From Bdellovibrionota bacterium (GTDB taxonomy: Bacteria; Bdellovibrionota_G; JALEGL01; DATDPG01): a stretch of 64,000 bases of DNA. Position numbers and translations under genes: made by a program. The stretch spans positions 288,111 to 352,110 of the forward strand of contig OY764265.1 of assembly GCA_963668355.1 (NCBI GenBank), in the 5' to 3' direction. Below, one piece after another: positions 29,451 to 40,630 of the stretch. Numbering within the stretch: the first letter of the stretch is position 1; each line of letters begins with the position of its first letter. The notes beneath the pieces were generated by a model, which saw only the letters and a list, made by a program, of their open reading frames with translations, ran no database searches and was not told where the DNA came from.

Positions 29451-30353
29451 ATGGAATGGCTCAACTACCACCATCTTTTATATTTCTGGGTTGTAGCCAA
29501 AGAGGGAAGTATCGTGGCGGCGAGTCGGCAGTTGCGTCTCGCCCATCCTACCATTAGCGGTCAGATCCATCGGCTTGAGGAAATGCTTGGGCAAAAATTG
29601 TTTACGAAAAAAGGACGGAATATCGTTCTGACCGAAGAAGGCCGAGTGGCCTTTCGTTACGCCGAAGAAATTTTCACACTTGGGAACGAGTTTTTAGACA
29701 CGGTCAAAGGTCAGCCGAGCAGTTGGCCTTTGCGTTTGGTTGTGGGGGTTTCGGATGCCCTTGCCAAGTCCGTCGTGTACAGAATTCTGCAGCCTGTATT
29801 CAGTCTGGACAAGGATGTTCAAGTGGTCTGTCGCGATGATCGTTCGATCAAAGAATTCATGGGGGATTTGGCCTTGGGTGAAGTGGATGTCGTGCTTTCG
29901 GATGCCCCGGCGGGTCCCGGTTCGCCCGTGCGGGCTTTTAGCCATCTTCTTGGTGAGTGTGGCACAGCCTTTTTTGCGGCCCCCGCGCTGGCCAACAAAC
30001 TTCGGCGCAAATTTCCGCAGTCGCTCGATGGTGCCTCTTTTCTAGTGCCAGGCATTGATTCTACGCTTCGCCGAGCGTTGCGGGGATGGTTTGAGAGGCT
30101 GGATATCCAGCCAAAGATTATCGCCGAATTGGATGACGCGGCGCTGGCCAAGATTTTTTGTGAGGCTGGGTTGGGCGTGATGGCGGCCCCTGATGTTAGT
30201 GAGAAGGAAGTGAAGGCGCGCTACCATGTGCAGGTGGTTGGTCGGTCAGAAAAGGTGCGGCAACAAGTTTTTGCGATTTCGCTTGAACGAAAAATCAAAC
30301 ATCCTGCGGTGATCACGATTTGTGAGGCGGCACGGAAGAGCGTTTTTTCTTGA
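29451..30353 (+). CDS. LysR-family transcriptional regulator
   Basis: N-terminal HTH (LNYHHLLYFWVVAKEGSIVAASRQLRLAHPTISGQIHRLEE) plus a LysR substrate-binding domain. The ORF-track start at 29421 overlaps the motif, so ATG 29451 is preferred. Confidence 0.85.
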   Translation: MEWLNYHHLLYFWVVAKEGSIVAASRQLRLAHPTISGQIHRLEEMLGQKLFTKKGRNIVLTEEGRVAFRYAEEIFTLGNEFLDTVKGQPSSWPLRLVVGVSDALAKSVVYRILQPVFSLDKDVQVVCRDDRSIKEFMGDLALGEVDVVLSDAPAGPGSPVRAFSHLLGECGTAFFAAPALANKLRRKFPQSLDGASFLVPGIDSTLRRALRGWFERLDIQPKIIAELDDAALAKIFCEAGLGVMAAPDVSEKEVKARYHVQVVGRSEKVRQQVFAISLERKIKHPAVITICEAARKSVFS

Positions 30354-30753
30354 GTTTGGTTGATCGTTTGGACGCAACTTTTCTTTTTTTCTTAGGGGCG
30401 CGTTTAGTAGGTAGGGAATTTTTTTTAGTCACAGGTTTTGATATTCTCTCCTGACGTTCTTGTTCTAGTTTAATGATGCGAGCCACAGAGCGAGCCGCAC
30501 GATCCACGGCTCGATTGAAGGCGGTAAACACATCAGGATCAGTTTCTTGCACATTCACCGAACGGGCCAAGCCCACTTGGATGCGGCAGCGTTTTTCCGC
30601 GGGGCTGTGATGGACATTCGAGTTGGAAAGGTGGACGGTAACATGGTCGATGTTTTCAGCGAATCGGCTTAAGGCAAAACCAAGTCTAAGTTCAACATGT
30701 GAACGCAGAGTCTTGGTGACTCTGATGTCACAACTTTGTATTTGAATCTTCAT
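30313..30753 (-). CDS. HPF/RaiA-like ribosome-associated protein with a Lys-rich C-terminal tail (second paralog)
   Basis: MKIQIQSCDIRVTKTLRSHVELRLGFALSRFAENIDHVTVHL... has the HPF-like N-domain, followed by a KKKRKVASKRSTKLKKKR tail. The 3' end overlaps the LysR gene 3' end by about 40 nt. Confidence 0.6.
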   Translation of the reverse strand: MKIQIQSCDIRVTKTLRSHVELRLGFALSRFAENIDHVTVHLSNSNVHHSPAEKRCRIQVGLARSVNVQETDPDVFTAFNRAVDRAARSVARIIKLEQERQERISKPVTKKNSLPTKRAPKKKRKVASKRSTKLKKKRSSVPPHKS

Positions 30754-30955
30754 GGCAAAGATACGTTACGCTTCCTGGAGATGCCCGAATATAAGGAAAT
30801 GACAGGACGAAACGTTGTAATATCCGTCATGGGAAATCCGAACGGAAACAGCCCACGGCAGCGTTCGCCACCGCAGGCTGTGTTGTCACGCTACGAATTG
30901 ATCTTACGCGTAGGGGGAAGGGGTGGTAAGGATCCGTAGAGTGTGATCAAGCAAT

Positions 30956-31156
30956 TTATTGTTTGGGAAGGGATTTTTGAAAAGCAGCGATTTCTTTTTC
31001 GACATCCGATTTAGAACGTTTGTAAACTGTGGACACTTTATTGGCTAGGATCGACATGTCTTTTCCAATTGTGCGGATGTCGCCCTCGCTTAGCTTTTCC
31101 CATTTAGCATGAATTTTTTCACTTAATGTTGTTTCTGAACCTTTGGATTCGGTCAT
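30956..31156 (-). CDS. CsbD-like general stress protein (66 aa)
   Basis: SD AAGGAG. MTESKGSETTLSEKIHAKWEKLSEGDIRTIGKDMSILANKVSTVYKRSKSDVEKEI resembles the CsbD family. The longer ORF-track version has an implausible N-terminus. Confidence 0.6.
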   Translation of the reverse strand: MTESKGSETTLSEKIHAKWEKLSEGDIRTIGKDMSILANKVSTVYKRSKSDVEKEIAAFQKSLPKQ

Positions 31157-31223
31157 CTTAATTCTCCTTGAAAACGATTTGGTAGTTGTATTTGAATGTC
31201 CTGTATATCGATGATGGCGCTCA

Positions 31224-31268
31224 ATAAATATGAGGAAATATGAAAGAAAGGCGTCGACAAAAACAACG
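31224..31268 (-). promoter_or_regulatory. copy 7 (weaker) of the bipartite motif, upstream of the CsbD-like gene
   Basis: aatatgaggaaatatgaaagaaaggcgtcgacaaaaacaac. Retains the TTTTTGTCGACG half and a TTTCCTCAT box at 13-nt spacing. Confidence 0.3.
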
Positions 31269-31498
31269 TGTATGAAAACGTGCCTGTTGTTCGTTTTTTG
31301 CCAACCCGGCTGAGCAAAAAACACCAAAGGCATTCTTGAAATCGCAGCCTCCGATGGGAGCCCGGAAACCCCAGCTTATTTGCTGGATCATGCCTACGCA
31401 GTTGCACCTGATGTTCTTAAAGCCGCACGCAATGCACAGAATTTATAAGTCGGGGGGGCAGGTAGGGACCTGCCCGCGACTTACAGTTTCTCGCATTC

Positions 31499-32503
31499 TT
31501 ATGATGGTCTATTACCACTGTTTCCAGGTGAGGAATCCGAAGATGCCATGCCTAACCCGGGCAAGGGTGCCATCGCCGAATCCGACGCCCTGCCGGTCTG
31601 GTCGGCTTCCATCATGGCGTTGCGCATTTGTTCGGTGAGAGTGCTGAGATTGCCCGGCGAGTGGGGAATCAGGATCGCATTTGTCCGCGACGAGGCACCG
31701 ATCTCCTTAAGCATGTCAAAATATTGGGTCATCAACACGAGGTTCATCACATCTTTTGCGGTTGTGCCCGGCACGGACTTCCGAAACTCATCCACCGAAT
31801 CGCGCAGACCCGCGACAATGGCTTGGCGTTGATCGGCAATGCCTCGACCCTGCAGGGCCTTGCTTTGAGCATCGCCCTCAGCAGCCTTGACCTTCAGGAT
31901 CCGATCTGCTTCGCCTCGCTCGGTCGCCGCTACCCGCATGCGCTGGGCCGCATTGATTTCGTTCATCGACACCTTCACATTGGCATCCGGATCAATGTCG
32001 GTAACAAGCGCCTTGAGGATCCCGTACCCGAAACCTTCCATGACTTGGGCGAGTTCGCTCTTCACGATGTTGGCAATATCATCCTTTTTCTCAAACACGT
32101 CATCGAGTTTGATTTTGGGCACTTGGGCCCGCACAACATCAAAGACAAAGGAAGTAATTTGTCGTTTCGCATTGTCGAGTTTGTAAAATGCATCGTACGT
32201 CTTCTCCGGCAAGACAAAGAACTGTACGGCGACCACCATGCGGACGAAGACGTTGTCTTCCGTCTTGGTCTCGATCTCGACGTCCAGTTGCTGAACACGT
32301 AAGTTGACACGACCGACAACTCTATCGATAAAAGGAACCTTGATACGGATACCCGGTCCGGCTTCCCGCACGAATTTTCCAAACCGCTGTACGATCGCAG
32401 TTGAGCGTTGTTCCACCGTAAAAAATGTCGCCGTAAGCACAACGAGCATCCCGACCGTAAACACACCCGCACCAAAAATATAGGTCATAATTTCATTTTG
32501 CAT
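31499..32503 (-). CDS. SPFH/band-7 (stomatin/prohibitin-like) membrane protein
   Basis: N-terminal TM, SPFH domain, coiled-coil region and a disordered Ser/Gly-rich tail. SD AAGGAG. Confidence 0.85.
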   Translation of the reverse strand: MQNEIMTYIFGAGVFTVGMLVVLTATFFTVEQRSTAIVQRFGKFVREAGPGIRIKVPFIDRVVGRVNLRVQQLDVEIETKTEDNVFVRMVVAVQFFVLPEKTYDAFYKLDNAKRQITSFVFDVVRAQVPKIKLDDVFEKKDDIANIVKSELAQVMEGFGYGILKALVTDIDPDANVKVSMNEINAAQRMRVAATERGEADRILKVKAAEGDAQSKALQGRGIADQRQAIVAGLRDSVDEFRKSVPGTTAKDVMNLVLMTQYFDMLKEIGASSRTNAILIPHSPGNLSTLTEQMRNAMMEADQTGRASDSAMAPLPGLGMASSDSSPGNSGNRPS

Positions 32504-32552
32504 CACATCTCCTTAAGTTTCATAACTAGTGTTTTTATACTTCTGGAGTTGA

Positions 32553-32610
32553 CCATCGACCATGAGGAAGTTTCATCGTGTAGCGTCGCAAAAAGCGACA
32601 TGATTATTCA
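32553..32610 (-). promoter_or_regulatory. copy 6 of the bipartite motif (SPFH / GGDEF divergent region)
   Basis: Sequence is ccatcgaccatgaggaagtttcatcgtgtagcgtcgcaaaaagcgacatgattattc. Confidence 0.5.
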
Positions 32611-32647
32611 ACGATAATGATAAGAGCAATATGATAAATTAACAGGT

Positions 32648-33592
32648 ATGCGCATCCGTTCACCAAGGGCCGTAACCCAGCCTCGCCGATCCCGGGCAAC
32701 GGTTATGCTATCCCTGGCAGCAACCGTTCTTATCGGGCTGTTGGATCACCTCACGGGTCCTGAATTTGGCTTCTCGGTATTCTATCTGCTTCCGATTCTT
32801 GCCTGTGCTTGGCGGGTTGGCATACGAACTGCCATCCTTCTTGCCGCAACCGCCAGTGTCTGTTGGTTTGCTTCGGATTTTGCCCTACGCGATCAGTCCC
32901 ATGTTTGGATTTCCTCCTGGAACGGTTTTTCTCGGTTTGTCATCTTCGGCGCGATGGCCGTGTTGGTCTTTTATCTACGTCGAAGTCAAAAGCGGCTGGT
33001 GATCCTTAACCGGCAACTCGAGAGTTCGGCAAAGCATGAAGCAGGGCTCGCGCGAACCGATTCGTTGACGGGCTTACCCAACGGCAGGTCGTTTCTGGAG
33101 GTCCTGACTCGAGAGGCAAATCGGAATCTGCGTTCGGGACAATCCATTTGCGTTGCCTATATCGATGTTGATAATTTCAAAGGTATTAACGATCAACATG
33201 GACACGCAGTTGGTGACGATGTCCTGAAACGATTGGCTGAATCCTTTCAGCACGTAGTTCGAGGTGGCGACGTGGCCGCTCGACTGGGTGGAGACGAGTT
33301 CGCCATCCTTTTTTGGAATGTCCAGCAGAACGAAGTGGAAGAGATGGCCAAACGGTTGAAGCACCAAGCCGCTCTGATCGCTAAGGATTATCCGGGAATG
33401 GGCCTCGGGATCAGCGTCGGGCTCGCGTATTTTCAAAAACCGCCCTTGGACCCGCAGGACTTACTTACTAAGGCAGATGCCGCCATGTACCAGGGCAAAG
33501 AAACCGGCAAAGACCGTGTGGTGATGTGGATCGACGATCCACAGGGCTTTGTTGCGTCGGCTTCACATCTTTATGACCATACACCACACTAG
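32648..33592 (+). CDS. GGDEF-domain diguanylate cyclase with an N-terminal membrane sensor region
   Basis: GGDEFAILF active site, upstream RxxD I-site-like motif, 4-5 N-terminal TM helices. Start uncertain (alternative ATG at 32705). Confidence 0.85.
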   Translation: MRIRSPRAVTQPRRSRATVMLSLAATVLIGLLDHLTGPEFGFSVFYLLPILACAWRVGIRTAILLAATASVCWFASDFALRDQSHVWISSWNGFSRFVIFGAMAVLVFYLRRSQKRLVILNRQLESSAKHEAGLARTDSLTGLPNGRSFLEVLTREANRNLRSGQSICVAYIDVDNFKGINDQHGHAVGDDVLKRLAESFQHVVRGGDVAARLGGDEFAILFWNVQQNEVEEMAKRLKHQAALIAKDYPGMGLGISVGLAYFQKPPLDPQDLLTKADAAMYQGKETGKDRVVMWIDDPQGFVASASHLYDHTPH

Positions 33593-33598
33593 AATTAA

Positions 33599-33635
33599 GG
33601 TGCGACTCCGCTACAAATGGCGTCCCCAAGGGGAC
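33599..33635. repeat. direct repeat containing the 3'-terminal ~17 nt of tRNA-Glu (att-like), copy a
   Basis: ggtgcgactccgctacaaatggcgtccccaaggggac. The tggcgtccccaagggga portion is identical to the 3' end of the tRNA-Glu gene at 37467-37544. Confidence 0.6.
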
Positions 33636-34025
33636 AACCTGAAAATTGATGATAGCCCGAGCCGAAGGGGTACCCAGTAACGCTGGGTCTGAGGCGAGAT
33701 CTTTGCTGGTCTACGAACGCGAGTTCGTGAACTTCAAGTGTCGCTGGCATAGCGACACTCTTACAAAGAGCGAGGCGCGGGTGCCCTCTGGGCAGCGACG
33801 AGTCTCCCTAGAAGAACTCGAGCGCGGCTAGCGCGACAAATTTTCGAACTGAGTGTATGAGGTTGCCGGCCTAATACTGCCAAGTTCGAGCAATTAAAGA
33901 CTGTTTTTACATTAACTGACTTTATCGACCCCGACTGATATGGTCGCTGCACAAAAAAGACTCGTTGGCCCCCTGCCCCTTCCTTCCCGGAGCCCCCTGC
34001 CTCTTTCTTGTAGAACGGTATCAAC

Positions 34026-35216
34026 ATGACAAACCAAACTATAAATGTACTTCAAGTGGCGACCCTCAATCGGCCTATTCGAAAAGACTTGGGCTACGGA
34101 CCCATCGAAACAGTGATTTACAACATCGATCAAGGATTGCACGAGTTGGGGCATCGTTCGATTGTGGCTTGCTCAGGAGACTCTTGTGTATCCGGCGAGC
34201 GATATACAACCATCAAAAAAAGTTTTAGCGAATACTGGAGTAAGAATACGTCCGCCCAAAAAGAGAGCAGTCGTCGGCACCTCACCATGTCGCTCGAGAG
34301 AGCCAGCCGAGGTGACATTGATATCATCCATATGCACGACGCCGCGATGGTCGAATACATTTTTAAAGGAGTGTTAAAAAGCCCGGTTCCCATCGTCATG
34401 ACCCTTCACGTTCCCGCGGAAGAAAAGGGTTCGTTCAAGCGCTGGAATGAAACCTTAACTCCTGCCTCGAAAGTATTTTTCGTCCCCATCAGTGAATTCC
34501 AAAAAAACCAGAATCATGGCTTAGTCAACCTCCAGGAGGTGATCCACCATGGAATTGATATAAAAGACTACCCTTTCAACGACGCCCCCCAGAACGATAA
34601 CTATCTGTTCACGATTGGAAGAGTCACGCAGGACAAAGGACAGGACAAATCCATCGAAGTCGCTAAGCGCAGCAATTCGAGACTTGTTATTGCCGGAAAT
34701 GTTCAGAATAAATCAAAAGACAGGGCATTCTTTAAAACGTTAGAGCCTTCGATCAACCTTTCGATTGATGCAAGCGAAAATCCCGGCGACGACAACTATT
34801 ACGACGAGGTCATCAAACCGGTTTTGGAATCCGGCCTACAGATCATTTATATTGGAGAAATCAATAGCGCCCAAAAAATGCATTGGTATCGCCATGCGCA
34901 AGCTACCCTATTTCCCATTCAGTGGGGAGAACCGTTCGGCTTGGTCTTAGTCGAATCGATGGCCTGTGGCACGCCGGTCCTAGCTCTCAATCGAGGGTCT
35001 GTACCTGAAATTATCCTAGACCGAGAAACGGGTTTCATCGCCGATTCCATCGATGAAATGGTCGAACATGTACAAGACATTTCTCGCATTGACCGTCATA
35101 TCTGTCGGCTCCATATCCAAGACCATTTTTCGATCGCGAGCATGGCAAAAAAATACTCACAATTGTACCAACAGATTCTGGTTGAAAGGGCTTCATGCCA
35201 AAAGACATCCCCGTAA
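34026..35216 (+). CDS. GT4-family glycosyltransferase
   Basis: 396 aa. EPFGLVLVESMACGTPVLA is the GT4 E-x7-E region. Confidence 0.85.
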   Translation: MTNQTINVLQVATLNRPIRKDLGYGPIETVIYNIDQGLHELGHRSIVACSGDSCVSGERYTTIKKSFSEYWSKNTSAQKESSRRHLTMSLERASRGDIDIIHMHDAAMVEYIFKGVLKSPVPIVMTLHVPAEEKGSFKRWNETLTPASKVFFVPISEFQKNQNHGLVNLQEVIHHGIDIKDYPFNDAPQNDNYLFTIGRVTQDKGQDKSIEVAKRSNSRLVIAGNVQNKSKDRAFFKTLEPSINLSIDASENPGDDNYYDEVIKPVLESGLQIIYIGEINSAQKMHWYRHAQATLFPIQWGEPFGLVLVESMACGTPVLALNRGSVPEIILDRETGFIADSIDEMVEHVQDISRIDRHICRLHIQDHFSIASMAKKYSQLYQQILVERASCQKTSP

Positions 35217-37165
35217 GCAACGGGTCTCTGCTTTTGAATTTTGATTCGGATTATCAAATTCGAGATGTCTATTTTCCTTTTGTTGGACAAGAAAACCATT
35301 CTAAAGGACACCCCTTTCGGTTTGGCGTGTGGGTAGATGGTCAATATTCTTGCATGGATTCGGATTGGAAAAAAGATTTAAGATACCATGACGAGAGTCT
35401 TGTTACAGATGTCAGGCTAAGCCATGATATTTTAGGATTGGAGCTTCACTGTTCCGACGTCGTCGATTTTGATTTAAACATTTATATAAAAAAATTAGAG
35501 GTGATCAACCTCCAAGCCAAGCCCCGCCAGGTCAGGCTCTTTTTCAGCCATGATTTTTATCTCTATGGAAATGATATCGGAGGGACAGCCTACTTTGACC
35601 CGAGAAGCTGCTCCATCATTCACTACAAAGTCCATCGCTATTTTTTAATGAGTAGCTGGGCCCATGGCAAATGGGGAGTGCAGCATTATTCTTGCGGAAG
35701 AAAAGATACTCCAGAAGGCCTAGAAACAGGGAAGGAAGTTTCGAGCGGAGAACTGAATGGAAATCCTTCGGCTTGGGGCTCTCCTCATTCCACCCTTGGC
35801 ATTTGGTTAAACTTACCCCATCGTGGAAAGGAAACGGCCTATTACTGGATGGCAGCTGGAACCACCTACGCGCAGGTCGCAAACCTCAACTTGGAAGTCC
35901 ATCAGATCACACCGAAAAAACTCATTCAACGCTCACACAAATATTGGGAAGCATGGGTGCAAAAAGATTCCTTGCCGATCGAAGGCCTACCCAAAGCTGT
36001 GACCGATGTGTTTAGCCGTAGCCTGCTGATCCTCAGAACTCAGATTGATAATCATGGAGCCATTATCGCGGCCAATGACTCTGACATTGTTCGTTTCGGA
36101 AAGGATACGTACTCCTATATGTGGGGAAGGGACGGTGCTTTTGTCGCTGCGGCCTTAGCCAAGGCCGGACAATCTCACCTCTGCATGAAATATTTTAATT
36201 TCTGCGCCCGTATTCTGTCCGACGAAGGCTACCTCTTTCAGCATTACAATCCCGACGGTTCGCTCGCCAGCAATTGGCACCCTTGGTTAGTCGACGACAA
36301 AGAAGTGCTGCCCATCCAGGAGGATTCAACCGCCCTCACGATTTGGGCGCTTTGGGAGCATTACCAAAGCTTGCAAGACGTGGAATTCATTCGCCCCCTC
36401 TACAAAACGCTGATCAAAAAGGCCTCCCATTTCCTAGTTAGTTACCGTGACCCGGAGACATTACTCCCCTTACCCTCCTATGATCTTTGGGAGGAGCGCT
36501 ATGCCGTGCACACATATACCGTGGCTACCGTTATCGCTGGCCTTAGAGCCGCAGCGAATTTCTCCCGACTGTTTCACGATACGGCCCTTGCCCAAGATTA
36601 TGAGCGCGTGGCGGACGAAATGACAAACGGAATAACGAAATATCTTTATCACAACCGCCTAAATCGCTTTGCTCGATCCGGCAACCGAACCGAAAACGGC
36701 TATAGACTGAACGAAGTCATCGATGTAAGCCTCCTGAGCTTAGCCACTTTCGGTATCATGGACGCCAAAGATGCAAAGATGGCCAGGACGGCTGATGCCA
36801 TACACAAAGCACTCTGGCTTAAGACACCCGTCGAAGGTCTAGCCCGTTACGAAAAGGATGTTTATCAACTGGAGGCGGACAGTCCGCCGAACGTTCCAGG
36901 AAATCCCTGGTTCATTTCAACGCTTTGGTTAGGTGAATATTTCATCGAAAGAGCGCGGAATCGCAAAGAATTGAAAAAAGCGCTTCCCTACCTTGAGTGG
37001 TGCGTGAGAAACGCTCTTCCTTCAGGCGTGTTTGCCGAACAGGTACACCCGGTCAAGGGCTCTCCCCTCAGTGTTTCTCCTTTGACCTGGAGCCATTCCG
37101 CCTTTGTTTGGACCGTTCTGCGATACGTCGAAAAGTATAAGTCCTTGGCTTCCCCTGGGCCGTGA
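35195..37165 (+). CDS. GH15-family glycoside hydrolase (glucoamylase/glucodextranase/trehalase-like)
   Basis: 656 aa. N-terminal beta domain plus an (alpha/alpha)6 catalytic domain, with YMWGRDGAF and LWEERY-type motifs. Confidence 0.8.
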   Translation: MPKDIPVSNGSLLLNFDSDYQIRDVYFPFVGQENHSKGHPFRFGVWVDGQYSCMDSDWKKDLRYHDESLVTDVRLSHDILGLELHCSDVVDFDLNIYIKKLEVINLQAKPRQVRLFFSHDFYLYGNDIGGTAYFDPRSCSIIHYKVHRYFLMSSWAHGKWGVQHYSCGRKDTPEGLETGKEVSSGELNGNPSAWGSPHSTLGIWLNLPHRGKETAYYWMAAGTTYAQVANLNLEVHQITPKKLIQRSHKYWEAWVQKDSLPIEGLPKAVTDVFSRSLLILRTQIDNHGAIIAANDSDIVRFGKDTYSYMWGRDGAFVAAALAKAGQSHLCMKYFNFCARILSDEGYLFQHYNPDGSLASNWHPWLVDDKEVLPIQEDSTALTIWALWEHYQSLQDVEFIRPLYKTLIKKASHFLVSYRDPETLLPLPSYDLWEERYAVHTYTVATVIAGLRAAANFSRLFHDTALAQDYERVADEMTNGITKYLYHNRLNRFARSGNRTENGYRLNEVIDVSLLSLATFGIMDAKDAKMARTADAIHKALWLKTPVEGLARYEKDVYQLEADSPPNVPGNPWFISTLWLGEYFIERARNRKELKKALPYLEWCVRNALPSGVFAEQVHPVKGSPLSVSPLTWSHSAFVWTVLRYVEKYKSLASPGP

Positions 37166-37180
37166 TGACCATATATGTAT

Positions 37181-37221
37181 GGTGCGACTCCGCTACAAAT
37201 GGCGCCCCCAAGGGGATTTGG
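37181..37221. repeat. direct repeat containing the tRNA-Glu 3' end, copy b
   Basis: ggtgcgactccgctacaaatggcgcccccaaggggatttgg. Preceded, like copy a, by tgaccata. Confidence 0.6.
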
Positions 37222-37435
37222 CCAATTTTCCCCTGGCCTTCGGCCAGATGAAAAATGTGGCATAAGAATCTCTAATTCGCTTTGCTCATAAGAGCTTCTA
37301 AAACCCCACGGGGTTCGTCGCCTTTCGGCGACAGACTTGTGTTGAGCAAAGAGCCCCACCCATTTCATGGGTCCCCGGTTCTCTTTGTTCTATTGCTATG
37401 GCAAGTTCAAATCCCCTCTTAAAAATGACAAACTA

Positions 37436-37464
37436 AAAAGCCCATCCGAAGATGGGCTTTTTAG
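37436..37464 (-). terminator. rho-independent terminator (bidirectional-looking) just 3' of tRNA-Glu
   Basis: AAAAAGCCCATC-cgaa-GATGGGCTTTTT. Confidence 0.55.
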
Positions 37465-37466
37465 TT

Positions 37467-37544
<78 letters not shown>

Positions 37545-37618
37545 GCATGTATTCAATTTTAATGTGCCCGGCTTCGCATTGCTACGCCGGGGCACCAAAT
37601 TTCCCCTGCGGGAAAATT

Positions 37619-37693
37619 TGGTGAGCCAGGTTGGTATCGAACCAACGACCCTCTGCTTAAAAGGCAGATGCTCTACCACTGAGCTACTGGCCC
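37619..37693 (-). tRNA. tRNA-Lys (anticodon UUU)
   Basis: Manual fold: acceptor GGGCCAG/CTGGCTC, D-arm GCTC-AGTGGTA-GAGC, anticodon loop CTTTTAA, T-arm GTTGG-TTCGATA-CCAAC, encoded CCA. Confidence 0.85.
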
Positions 37694-37748
37694 AACCGAT
37701 GCGTCGTTATACAGAAAATCCCGAAGTGATCAAGCGAACTTTTCCCAA

Positions 37749-40626
<2,878 letters not shown>

Positions 40627-40630
<4 letters not shown>

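Noticed and set aside
31628-32302. 224-aa plus-strand ORF
   Set aside because: It is entirely antisense to the SPFH gene, with no RBS and a junk-like sequence.
33646-33831. 61-aa plus-strand ORF at the islet edge considered as an integrase remnant
   Set aside because: It has no recognisable recombinase motifs, is short, and has no RBS.
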